Positions 46,802 through 55,841 of a DNA stretch of 64,000 nucleotides are shown in pieces (position 1 is the stretch's first letter; each line of letters begins with the position of its first letter). Below the pieces are notes generated by a model. That model was not told the DNA's origin, did no database searches, and worked only from the letters and a program-made list of their open reading frames with translations. The translations under genes and the position numbers were made by a program. Origin of the DNA: Candidatus Micrarchaeota archaeon (GTDB lineage Archaea > Micrarchaeota > Micrarchaeia > Anstonellales > Anstonellaceae); the NCBI GenBank assembly GCA_026413765.1, contig JAOAKI010000004.1, positions 97,513 to 161,512 on the forward strand, in the 5' to 3' direction.

Positions 46802-48159
46802 GTTGCATGACTTCTGAAGATATTTTTGATTATTGAAGCAGATGTTTGATGGTCAACGATAGGCGGGGGATAGTCGCGAGGGCGCATTTTTTGGTTTCTA
46901 TAAAGTTCATGGATTGCTAAAGGAGGCAAATCAGAAAGCTCAGGAACCCATTTTTTTATGTACGCGCAATCCGGGTCGAATTTTTTTTGCTGCAGCCAAG
47001 GGTTAAAAACACGAAAATATGGCTGCGAATCGCATCCTGTTGAAGCAACCCACTGCCAATTTCCATTATTGACTGCCGGGTCATAGTCAACAAGCTTTGT
47101 GGCAAAATATCTTTCACCTTCTCTCCAGTCAATATGCAGATCCTTGACCAAAAAAGAGGCAGTGATCATCCTTACCCTGTTGTGCATAAACCCAGTTTTG
47201 TTCAATTCCCTCATGCCTGCATCAACAATAGGCACGCCAGTTTTGCCTTCCTTCCATGCATTGAAATGCTGACTTTTTGTTTTCCATTTGATGCCGGCAT
47301 ACTTTAGCCGAAAAGGCTTCCCAAAAACGTGCGGATAATGAAAGCCTATGTATGTGAAGAAATCGCGCCAATATAGCTGGCGCACAAGTTCGTGTCTGAA
47401 CCCAAACAACTTCACAATCGCATAGTAGCTTTCTCTTATTGAAATTGTTCCAAATTTATGATGCGCTGAAAGTCCGGTCGTGGCAGATAAAGCAGGGTAG
47501 TCTCTTGCATCTTTGTAATTGGCAAGCTGTGGTAGGTTTGCAATTATCTTTTTGGCATTTTTTCGCCCTCCATGGCAAAAGATATCTGGATTGCCGGCAA
47601 ATTTTGGAATAGACTGCTCAAAGTCCAATGGTTGCGAGTAATAATTGCGCAATCTATTTTTTTCAGGAGGCCTGACAGGAAATTGGAGTGCTTTTCTGTA
47701 GAACTGTGAAAAAACCGTCAATGGAGCGCCACTGTTGCTTATTAGCAACTCTGGCTCGGTTAGAAGATAATCGGAAAAATGTCTCACTGCAACGCGCATT
47801 TTTGAGCACGCCCAAGCTATCTCTTTGTCTCTATTGATTGAGAAGGGAGTGTAATCCCTATTGATAAAAACCGCATCCGCGCCTATCCTGGCAGCTATTT
47901 TAGGGATTATGATGTGCGGCAGACCTATGAAAATATGAAGCCTGGAACCTTTCGCTTTCAATTCGTTGTTAAGCTCCTCTAATGATTCGCACATGAACTG
48001 GAATGCGTTTGGAGAAAAATACTTTCCGCTCGTTTGTCTGGGGTCAAATATAAAACAAGGAAAGACTTTTTCTGAGCTTTTTAATGCAGCAATCAGCCCA
48101 GTATTGTCATCCAGCCTCAGGTCTCTCCTGAAGACAAAAATGGAACAGCGGTAATCCAT
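46798..48159 (-). CDS. phrB: Deoxyribodipyrimidine photo-lyase (CPD photolyase)
   Basis: FRRDLRLDDN, GTISIRE, QLYWRDF, GKTGVPIVDAGMREL, GFMHNRVRM, DYDPAVNNGNWQW. Confidence 0.93.
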   Translation of the reverse strand: MDYRCSIFVFRRDLRLDDNTGLIAALKSSEKVFPCFIFDPRQTSGKYFSPNAFQFMCESLEELNNELKAKGSRLHIFIGLPHIIIPKIAARIGADAVFINRDYTPFSINRDKEIAWACSKMRVAVRHFSDYLLTEPELLISNSGAPLTVFSQFYRKALQFPVRPPEKNRLRNYYSQPLDFEQSIPKFAGNPDIFCHGGRKNAKKIIANLPQLANYKDARDYPALSATTGLSAHHKFGTISIRESYYAIVKLFGFRHELVRQLYWRDFFTYIGFHYPHVFGKPFRLKYAGIKWKTKSQHFNAWKEGKTGVPIVDAGMRELNKTGFMHNRVRMITASFLVKDLHIDWREGERYFATKLVDYDPAVNNGNWQWVASTGCDSQPYFRVFNPWLQQKKFDPDCAYIKKWVPELSDLPPLAIHELYRNQKMRPRDYPPPIVDHQTSASIIKNIFRSHAT

Positions 48160-48237
48160 GATTTAGATTTGATTCAAACCTTTAAGTGCTTTTCTTGAAA
48201 TGACATCTATTTTTAAATTCAAAAGCAAAATGAAGTC

Positions 48238-48996
48238 ATGCACGTCTTAAAGATTGGCGGCAGCGTCATCACGAAAAAAAGCAAATGGAAAAAGGCGGAC
48301 TTAAAAGCAATGAAAAAAATTGCAGCTGCATTAAAAGATGCGGTGGCAGCAAGCCGGCCTGAGCTTGTTATTGTTCATGGAGCAGGATCATTTGGGCACA
48401 TGTTAGTAAAAAAATATGGTCTTCAAGGAAAGATAGACACTAAAAAGAAGAAGCAAGCATGCAAAAAGGTCCAAGACTCGTGCAGAATGCTTTCTGAAAT
48501 TTTTTGCAAATACCTCAAAAAAGCCGGCATAAAATGCAAAATGATGGTTCCGCACAAAATAATTGTTGCCGAAAACAGGAAGATAGCAAAATTTGACAAT
48601 AAAAAAATTCAAAAAACAATTGCCAATGGCGAAATACCTGTTTTGTACGGAGACATGGTTCCAGACAGGAAGCTTGGATTTTCTGTTTGTTCAGGAGACC
48701 AGATTGTTGCATGGTTGGGGAAAAAGTCAGAATTGGTCGTTTTCGGGACCGATGTCGATGGAGTAATTGCAGGCGGCAGGCTAGTAGACAGAATAACAAA
48801 AGAAAATTATTCGAAGATTTTGCCTTTTCTTGAAAAGCCAGACAAGCCCGATGTCACAGGAGGAATGAAAAGAAAAATAGATGAAATCAAAGCCATCATG
48901 GGCAAAGCGTATATTGTTAATGCAAGATATCCAAACCGCATCAAAAACATACTGTTGGGAAAGAAAGCAAAATGCACGATTATAGATTTCAGTTGA
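48238..48996 (+). CDS. Isopentenyl phosphate kinase (amino-acid kinase family)
   Basis: LKIGGSVITKK, VHGAGSFGH, PVLYGD, SGDQI, GTDVDGV, DVTGGMKRK. Confidence 0.85.
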   Translation: MHVLKIGGSVITKKSKWKKADLKAMKKIAAALKDAVAASRPELVIVHGAGSFGHMLVKKYGLQGKIDTKKKKQACKKVQDSCRMLSEIFCKYLKKAGIKCKMMVPHKIIVAENRKIAKFDNKKIQKTIANGEIPVLYGDMVPDRKLGFSVCSGDQIVAWLGKKSELVVFGTDVDGVIAGGRLVDRITKENYSKILPFLEKPDKPDVTGGMKRKIDEIKAIMGKAYIVNARYPNRIKNILLGKKAKCTIIDFS

Positions 48997-49018
48997 ACAT
49001 GATTTTGAAGTGGTCTTC

Positions 49019-49333
49019 ATGCGCGGCTGGATCTTTGTTTATGTCACTTACCCGACAAAAAATAGCGCTGAAAAGGATGCGCGCCGTTTGCTGCAAAAAA
49101 GATTAGCAGCTTGCGCAAACATTTTTGGCCCAACAGTCTCGATTTATAGATGGAAAGGAAAAATTGTAAAGCAAAAGGAATACATAATGATTTTGAAAAC
49201 CTCTTTGTCTGGTTATGGCAAAATCAAAAGGGCAATTGAAAAAATGCACCCATACGACACTCCGTGCATAGCCAAGCTTTCTGTGCAATTCAACAAAAAA
49301 TTCATGGTGTGGCTAAAAAACGAGTTGGCGTGA
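49019..49333 (+). CDS. cutA: Divalent-cation tolerance protein CutA
   Basis: RLAACANI, SIYRWKGKI, HPYDTPCI. Confidence 0.92.
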   Translation: MRGWIFVYVTYPTKNSAEKDARRLLQKRLAACANIFGPTVSIYRWKGKIVKQKEYIMILKTSLSGYGKIKRAIEKMHPYDTPCIAKLSVQFNKKFMVWLKNELA

Positions 49334-50506
49334 CTAAGAATGCGTTTCCATGAATCTTTCTATTTTTGCTAGTGCTTCGTGAAGCTCCTCTGGCTGCGCC
49401 AAGTAGACGAGCCTGAAAAACTTGCCTGGCAACACCGGAGAAAATGCACTCCCAGGAACAACAAGGACGCCGGTTTGCTCCAAAAGCGCATAGACGAATT
49501 CTCGGTCGTCTCTAAATTTTGAGGATTCAATTTGAGGAAATGAGTAAAATGCCGCATTGGGCTTTGCGCAACTAATATTTTTAATGCTGTTCAACCCCTT
49601 GAAGACAATGTCGCGCCTTTTCTTGAGTTCTTTCTTCAGTTCGGATAGATGGGAAAGCGGCATTGTGAATGCGGCAAGCGCGCCGCGCTGCATTTCCCAA
49701 TTGACTGAAAGCCGCTGGTTGCAAAGCTTCACAAGCGCATCGCGGAGTGGCTCCATGCCCTCACCATGAAGGGCAAGGTATCCAACTCTTGCGCCAGGAT
49801 AGACGAAGTTTTTTGAAAGGCCATTGCCGGAAATAAGCGGGTGGTCTTTTGTGAGAGTCCTAAGGTTTATTGCTTGGTCTTCTTCCAAAGTTAATTTGTC
49901 GTAAATTTCATCAGCAATAATTGGGATGTTTGCCTCGATTGCTATCTCCACTATTTCTTGCAAGACTTTTTTCGGGTATACTGCGCCAGTTGGGTTATTT
50001 GGATTGATAACGACTATCGCTTTTGTTTTTTTATTTATTTTTTTTCGGATGTCTTCTGTGTCAGGAATGAAGTTTTGGTCTGTTTTGTAGAAATTGTCAA
50101 CGCCATCAAATACCCGCAGTTTCGTATTATAGAGGGGATAGCTTGGGCTTGGCAAAAGCACATTTTCGCCTGGATTCACAAGGGCCTGAAAAAGAAAATC
50201 AATTCCTTCTGAAAGGCCATTATGGATAGTAACAAAACTTGGGTCAACGCCTTCCAGCTTGGCAATTGCTTCCCTTAATTGCGGGTCGCCTTCAGATGGG
50301 CAGTAGGCAGTATATTTAGGGTCTTTCAAGGCATCCATTACCGCTTGGGTTATATGCTGAGGCGGTTTGAAGCCAAACTGATTCGGATCGCCAATGTTGA
50401 ACCAGTGCACTTTTTTTCCTGTGGATGCGACTTTCCTGGCCCGCGCAACTATATCGCGAATCTCGTATGATATGGAGGCTACCCTTTTTGCTAGCTTGAC
50501 TGCCAT
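49334..50506 (-). CDS. Class I/II PLP-dependent aminotransferase (AlaA/AspC-like)
   Basis: NIGDP, INPNNPTGAVY, ADEIYD, NGLSKNFVYPGARVG. Confidence 0.92.
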   Translation of the reverse strand: MAVKLAKRVASISYEIRDIVARARKVASTGKKVHWFNIGDPNQFGFKPPQHITQAVMDALKDPKYTAYCPSEGDPQLREAIAKLEGVDPSFVTIHNGLSEGIDFLFQALVNPGENVLLPSPSYPLYNTKLRVFDGVDNFYKTDQNFIPDTEDIRKKINKKTKAIVVINPNNPTGAVYPKKVLQEIVEIAIEANIPIIADEIYDKLTLEEDQAINLRTLTKDHPLISGNGLSKNFVYPGARVGYLALHGEGMEPLRDALVKLCNQRLSVNWEMQRGALAAFTMPLSHLSELKKELKKRRDIVFKGLNSIKNISCAKPNAAFYSFPQIESSKFRDDREFVYALLEQTGVLVVPGSAFSPVLPGKFFRLVYLAQPEELHEALAKIERFMETHS

Positions 50507-50562
50507 GATGATGATATGCCCAAAAGATATAAAAATAAGATTTGCGCAAGCGTGATTGGCTT

Positions 50563-51345
50563 TTATACAAGCGCTTCTAGCCCTTTTTTGACCGGCTTTC
50601 CATCTTTGATATAAGCCAAGGATTCATCAAGATCGCATTTGACTTTATATTTCTGGAAGAATTTGACAAGATTGCTTACATCACGGTTGAGGAACTCTTC
50701 TGAGCGAGGGTGCGCAAGCATCACTGCTTGGGCACAATCCAAAATTTTTAGCCCTCCGTCGGTGACAACGATATTGTATTGCGAAATGTCGGAATGGACA
50801 AATCCCAATTGATAGATTTTTTTGATTTCGTCAAGAAGAAAGTTAAAATCGTCTTGTGGCCTGGCTGTGCCTACCTGCTCCAGCGTTGGAAAAGGCAGCC
50901 CGCCTTTTCCCAAAAATTCCATGACAACGATGTTGCGATTGAATGCAATTGGCTGCGGAACAGCAACGCCATTCCAATAGAACTCCTTGAGATTTGAGAA
51001 TTCTTTTTTTGTCCATGCAAGCACCACATCAAATCTGTTCTTTTTAACGTGCAAAAAACGCGGATCTCCGTGGAGATATTCGTGCATCCGAATGAAATTT
51101 GAGGTATCTATCCTGTAGATTTTGACTGCAACATTGTTTCCTTCTTCGGTGGTGGCGCAATATATGTTTGCTTCTTTTCCTTTCGCAATTGGAAAATCCA
51201 ATGTAGAAAAATGGCCTGCTTGCATTAATTTATTCAATGCAAGGAGGGTATTTCGGTCAAATACACCGTCCTCTAGCTTATTTTCTGCTTTAAGCGCTTT
51301 CTCTTCGCGCGGAGGCCGCTTGCGCTTGCTCAAAAGCTGTGCCAT
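50563..51345 (-). CDS. rio1: RIO1 family serine protein kinase
   Basis: IAKGKEANIY, AVKIYR, GDPRF, VHSDISQYNI, ILDCAQAV. Confidence 0.92.
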   Translation of the reverse strand: MAQLLSKRKRPPREEKALKAENKLEDGVFDRNTLLALNKLMQAGHFSTLDFPIAKGKEANIYCATTEEGNNVAVKIYRIDTSNFIRMHEYLHGDPRFLHVKKNRFDVVLAWTKKEFSNLKEFYWNGVAVPQPIAFNRNIVVMEFLGKGGLPFPTLEQVGTARPQDDFNFLLDEIKKIYQLGFVHSDISQYNIVVTDGGLKILDCAQAVMLAHPRSEEFLNRDVSNLVKFFQKYKVKCDLDESLAYIKDGKPVKKGLEALV

Positions 51346-51368
51346 AAAAAAATTGGAGAAATGATTAT

Positions 51369-51671
51369 TTATTTAATGTATCCGTGCTTTCTTAAGTATT
51401 CGGCCTGGAATTTGTTGTATCTCCATACAATGTCGCCTTTTTTTTCGCCGCCAACCTCCCAAGGCACGACAATAACGACGTCACCTTCCCGGACCCAAAT
51501 ATTTCTTCTAATTTTTCCAGGTATTCTGCACAGCCTTTCTTTTCCATCTTTGCAAGCGACCATCAATCTGCCGCCTCCCACTAGCCCTACGACAAGCCCA
51601 AGAATCTCGCCTTGCTTTGGCAGCCTAATTGGCGCTTCTTCTTCCTGTTCATTCAAATTAGTTTCACCCAT
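51369..51671 (-). CDS. eif1a: Translation initiation factor aIF-1A
   Basis: CKDGKERLCRIPGKIRRNIWVREGDVVIVVPW, GDIVWRY. Confidence 0.95.
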   Translation of the reverse strand: MGETNLNEQEEEAPIRLPKQGEILGLVVGLVGGGRLMVACKDGKERLCRIPGKIRRNIWVREGDVVIVVPWEVGGEKKGDIVWRYNKFQAEYLRKHGYIK

Positions 51672-51685
51672 AGGAAAGCACCCAC

Positions 51686-52090
51686 CTAAATTTTGAGTGG
51701 CGAACGAGCGCCACAAGCCTCACAAATCAGCATTTTTACACTACCGACATCCGAAATGCGGGTGTCGGGTCTCCTGCATTCCTTGCAAATGACTGCCATA
51801 TCGACAAAAGTCTGAAGCTTTTCTTTCAGATTCCTATCCGAAATCTTCCCATTGAGGACCAGCTTGTTTCCATCAATCGATGCAGGGACCGCAAGCTCTT
51901 TGGAGAAATATTTTGACAGCAACTGGGCAGGCCTGCGAACCTTCTGCACAATTGCGTCAAAATTCCTGATTATTGTTTTATTCCCCTGATAAAACATTTC
52001 AATCTGTGGAAGCTCAAATCTCTCAAATTTTTGCGTCTTTTCAGGCAGAGAGCTTAATGCCCTATCCAATAATTCTTCATAACGGTCCAT
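51686..52090 (-). CDS. eif2b: Translation initiation factor aIF-2 beta subunit
   Basis: YEELLDRA, GNKTIIRNF, ICKECRRPDT, CEACGA. Confidence 0.95.
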   Translation of the reverse strand: MDRYEELLDRALSSLPEKTQKFERFELPQIEMFYQGNKTIIRNFDAIVQKVRRPAQLLSKYFSKELAVPASIDGNKLVLNGKISDRNLKEKLQTFVDMAVICKECRRPDTRISDVGSVKMLICEACGARSPLKI

Positions 52091-52151
52091 TCATACACCT
52101 TGTATAATTTGAGAAGAAAGCTTTAATAGGCAAATGGGGCACATATTCGAC

Positions 52152-52421
52152 ATGCCGATAAAAATTACAAAAGACACCCCTATAGGCGAATTGGTATTAA
52201 ATTACCCAGAAACGGTGGATGTTCTGCTTGAATATGGATTCCATTGCATTGGCTGTGGGCTTTCGGCATATGAAACAATTGAGCAAGGAGCGGCAGTCCA
52301 TGGCCTGAATGAAAATGAAATACAGCAGCTTGTCAGGAAGCTGCGGGCGGTTGCGAAAAAATCGATCAAAAGCCAGCAAGGCGAACAAGAAAAAGCAGCA
52401 GCAGTCCACCCAGACAAATAG
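52152..52421 (+). CDS. DUF1858 domain protein (redox CxxC)
   Basis: ITKDTPIGEL..YPETVDVL..GFHCIGC..ETIEQGAAVHG. Confidence 0.85.
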   Translation: MPIKITKDTPIGELVLNYPETVDVLLEYGFHCIGCGLSAYETIEQGAAVHGLNENEIQQLVRKLRAVAKKSIKSQQGEQEKAAAVHPDK

Positions 52422-53262
52422 GTGGCAGAGCAGGAAGTATTATTTTCATTCTTGAAACAACAACAAGAAGAAGAAAAACAGAAAAAGTAGCCCCAAATGC
52501 GACTGCGAAAGCGTAGGCAAATGGATTTGGGCCCAAAGTCATAGCAGAGACGCTAAGCATTGTTGGGACGGACAAGTCGCCAGTGCCAAGGTCTATCCGC
52601 TCTGCTTCTTCTTTTGCCCTTGAAATAAATGATTGAAGCTTTTCATTTTTTTTTCTTTTTGGGATTGATGTTGCTGTCACCGAAAATGAAAGGTCGCGGC
52701 TTGTCAGCTCTTTTGCCATTGAAAGCATGTGTTTTGTGCGAAAGACCGCTATATAGTCGTATAAAGAAAGAAGCACAACAAGCAACAAAATTGGGACAAA
52801 CCCAAGTGAAAAGCCAAACAACGCGCCTACTCCTGCGCTAGATATGATGGCAGCTGCATTCTGGAAGCCAGAATGCAAAAACTTAAGCAGGCCAAGCATT
52901 GCTCCTAAAATCGAACCAAAAATGATGGCATCCCAGAAGGCAAGCCCAAATGACAAAAAGAGAGCAAAAAATACAATCCCGGACGCAACCGAAATAACTG
53001 ACAGCTCCAAAAGTTTGAAAAGCAAAAAGCCTTTGTAGAATCGGCTCAGCAGGAGAATGAACACCGCGCCAAGAAGGATATAGGCAAGAAAAACAAATGC
53101 ATTAAGAGGGCTGTTCGGGTCTGGAATGAGTTCTTTTGGAGCAACAGAAAGCTCATTGATTTCAGAATATATTTCTGATTTGGAGAGCAAGACAAAGCCT
53201 GTAAAAATCCCAAATAGCTGCGTCAGAACGAAAAATACCAATATAAAGAAAAGAGGTCTCAT
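52366..53262 (-). CDS. Presenilin-family intramembrane aspartyl protease
   Basis: YD (SLYDYIAV), LGTGD (GxGD) and PALP motifs; multi-TM. Confidence 0.9.
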   Translation of the reverse strand: MRPLFFILVFFVLTQLFGIFTGFVLLSKSEIYSEINELSVAPKELIPDPNSPLNAFVFLAYILLGAVFILLLSRFYKGFLLFKLLELSVISVASGIVFFALFLSFGLAFWDAIIFGSILGAMLGLLKFLHSGFQNAAAIISSAGVGALFGFSLGFVPILLLVVLLSLYDYIAVFRTKHMLSMAKELTSRDLSFSVTATSIPKRKKNEKLQSFISRAKEEAERIDLGTGDLSVPTMLSVSAMTLGPNPFAYAFAVAFGATFSVFLLLVVVSRMKIILPALPPICLGGLLLLFLVRLAGF

Positions 53263-53266
53263 GACA

Positions 53267-53719
53267 TCACTTCTTTTTCTTTAAGCTTTTAAGCACAGTC
53301 TCGAAAGACTCTATATCACTGAACGAAAGATAGACTGAAGCAAATCTGACGTATGCGACTTTGTCTATTTTTTTCAGGTAATCCATGACAAGCTCGCCTA
53401 TTCTGCTGCTTTTGACTTCTAGCGAATTTTCCTTTCTTATCCTGCTTTCAATTTTGTCTGCAATCTCATTGATTTTATCAAGTGGGACTGGCCTTTTTTC
53501 GCACGCCTTTTGTATGCCGGTAATTAATTTGTGCCTGTCGAATTTCTCCCTTCTGCCGTCTTTCTTGATCACAAAAATGTCCTCTTTTTCGATTTCTTCA
53601 TAGGTAGTGAAACGTCTCCCACATTTTAGGCATTCGCGCCTTCTCCTTATTTTGAAATCTCCCGTATCTCTACTGTCAACCACTTCTGTATCAGACTGGT
53701 AGCAATATGGGCATTTCAT
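53267..53719 (-). CDS. nrdR: Transcriptional repressor NrdR
   Basis: MKCPYC..VVDSR..IRRRRECLKCGRRFTTYE, ATP cone, DKVAYVRFASVY. Confidence 0.95.
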   Translation of the reverse strand: MKCPYCYQSDTEVVDSRDTGDFKIRRRRECLKCGRRFTTYEEIEKEDIFVIKKDGRREKFDRHKLITGIQKACEKRPVPLDKINEIADKIESRIRKENSLEVKSSRIGELVMDYLKKIDKVAYVRFASVYLSFSDIESFETVLKSLKKKK

Positions 53720-53770
53720 AACACACAAACAGCTAATATGAATAAAAAGCCTCCCACAAAAATAGCAAGC

Positions 53771-54682
53771 ATGACTTATGACATGATCATTATTGGCACT
53801 GGCGTTGCCGGGCTTGCAGGGGCAATGTATGCTGGCAGAATGAACATGCAAGTCCTTGCAATCGGAGAAATGAGGGGAGGAACGATAACCACCACGAACA
53901 TTGTTGAAAATTACCCCGGCTTCATTTCAATAAGCGGCATAGAGCTTGCAGAAAAACTTGAGCAGCATGCAAGATATTACCCATCAGTCCAGATAAAGGA
54001 TGAAAAAGTGCTTGAGATAAAGAAGGATGGTAAGCTTTTCCATGTGAAAACTGACGCAGGCTCATACACAGCAAAAACAATACTCTATGCGGCCGGCACA
54101 GTGTGGAAAAAATTGGGTGTGCCGGGGGAGGAAAGGTTCGCAAACAAGGGAGTCCATTATTGCGCATTGTGCGACGCCGCATTCTACAAGGAGAAAGTAG
54201 TCGCAGTAGTCGGCGGCGGAGATACAGCTGCCAAGGATGCACTCGTGCTTTCAGAATGGGCAAAAAAAGTCTACATAATCTATAGGGGAGAAAAAATCCA
54301 CCCAGAACCTATCAATTACGAAAGGGTGATTGCAAACAAGAAAATAGAGATAATAAACAAAACAAATGTTCTTGAGATAAAAGGGAATGGAAAGGTCACT
54401 TCGGTTGTTGTGGATAAGCCATACAACAACTCAAATGAGATTCAGCTTGATGCTGTGTTTATTGCAATCGGGCACGAGCCGATTACAGATTTGGCAAAAA
54501 AGGTCGGTGTGCAGCTAGACGAGAAAGGCTATATAAAGATAAACAGGAATTGCGAGACAAACGTTGAGGGATTCTTTGCGGCAGGCGATGTTACTGACAC
54601 GAGATTCAAGCAAGCCATTGTAGGAGTTGCTGAAGCTGTCCAAGCGGTTTATTCTGCCTACCTTTATCTTGGAAAGGTTTAG
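53771..54682 (+). CDS. trxB: Thioredoxin reductase
   Basis: GxGxxG, VENYPG, GVHYCALCD, GGGDTA, FAAGDVT. Confidence 0.92.
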   Translation: MTYDMIIIGTGVAGLAGAMYAGRMNMQVLAIGEMRGGTITTTNIVENYPGFISISGIELAEKLEQHARYYPSVQIKDEKVLEIKKDGKLFHVKTDAGSYTAKTILYAAGTVWKKLGVPGEERFANKGVHYCALCDAAFYKEKVVAVVGGGDTAAKDALVLSEWAKKVYIIYRGEKIHPEPINYERVIANKKIEIINKTNVLEIKGNGKVTSVVVDKPYNNSNEIQLDAVFIAIGHEPITDLAKKVGVQLDEKGYIKINRNCETNVEGFFAAGDVTDTRFKQAIVGVAEAVQAVYSAYLYLGKV

Positions 54683-55581
54683 AGAGTCACTTTCAGCTGC
54701 AGCTCTTTTTTAAGCTCACGATATCTGTTTCTTATTGTCACTTCTGTGACTCCAGCGACGTCGGCAACCTCTTTTTGCGTCCTTCTTTCTCCGTACATCG
54801 CGCTAGCTATATAGACTGCTGCTGCCGCAACTCCAGTTGGGCCCCTCCCAGAGATCAAGCCCTTTCCAACCGCCTTTTTGAGGAGGGCGATTGCTTTTTC
54901 TTGCACATGCCCGGAAAGTTTCAATGCGGCGGTAAATTTTGGGACATAATGTGCAGGATCGGTCAGCGGCACATCAATATTCAGCTCTCGCCTAATAAAG
55001 CGATACGCTCTTCCGATCTCCTTTTTTTCAATCCCAGAGACTCGTGAAATCTCATCCAGTGTCCTAGGAATGCCTTGCATCCTGCAGGTGGCGTAAATGA
55101 CTGCAGAAACAACCGATTCGATAAGCCGTCCCCTTATAAGCTCTGCTTTTATGCATTTTCTGTAAAGAAGCGCTGCAGACTCACGGATAGAGTCTGGCAA
55201 TCCAAGGTAGGATGCAATCCTGTCAAGCTCGGAAAGCGCGATAGCCAAGTTCCTCTCCATAGAGCTTGCAATAGAAGCTCGCTTGTGCCATTTTCTCATC
55301 CGATAAAGCTGGGCCTGCTTTTTTGGTGAAATTTTTGCGCCCCTAATGTCGCGGTTGTATTGGTCAATTTCGGTGACAAGGCCTTTGTTGGGCCGCATAT
55401 ATTTGATCGGAGCCCCGCCTCTTGCCCGTTTTTCTCTCTGTTCTGCGTCGAATGCCCTCCACTCAGGGCGAGCATCTTCTAGATTCTCGGCGACAATCAA
55501 GCCGCAATTAGTGCACATCACTTCTCCTCTTTCATAATCGCGGGTGAGGCGTTTATTTCCGCACTCGGGACATTTATCCAT
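54679..55581 (-). CDS. tfb: Transcription initiation factor IIB
   Basis: Zn ribbon CPECG..CTNCG, PEWRAF, two cyclin repeats, VAGVTEVTIRNRYREL. Confidence 0.97.
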   Translation of the reverse strand: MDKCPECGNKRLTRDYERGEVMCTNCGLIVAENLEDARPEWRAFDAEQREKRARGGAPIKYMRPNKGLVTEIDQYNRDIRGAKISPKKQAQLYRMRKWHKRASIASSMERNLAIALSELDRIASYLGLPDSIRESAALLYRKCIKAELIRGRLIESVVSAVIYATCRMQGIPRTLDEISRVSGIEKKEIGRAYRFIRRELNIDVPLTDPAHYVPKFTAALKLSGHVQEKAIALLKKAVGKGLISGRGPTGVAAAAVYIASAMYGERRTQKEVADVAGVTEVTIRNRYRELKKELQLKVTL

Positions 55582-55841
55582 AAATCCACCTCGAAGAAGA
55601 TACGCCGCTAAAGATTAAGTTTTAAAATGTTAGCAAGGCGGCATGTCGTTTATGCACCTAAATATTTATAAAGTTTTGCAAATGGCTTTTTTCAAGCTAA
55701 CGCGCCTGCTACCTTGTCAGAAAATACACTATCGTAATTATCAGTGCGATCACCACTACAGTGAAAATCAACAGGTCAGACATGGCAAAGAACTGGTTTT
55801 TAGTTTTTTTAATCCTTTGGGGCAAAAAACAATAGGTTGAG

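Noticed and set aside
53720-53770. NrdR box between nrdR and trxB
   Set aside because: No convincing match to the palindromic NrdR consensus was visible by eye.
55582-55841. Small RNA or ORF in the tfb-mre11 spacer
   Set aside because: It is explainable as divergent promoters (TTTATAAA present); I found no clear C/D boxes, stable fold or credible ORF.
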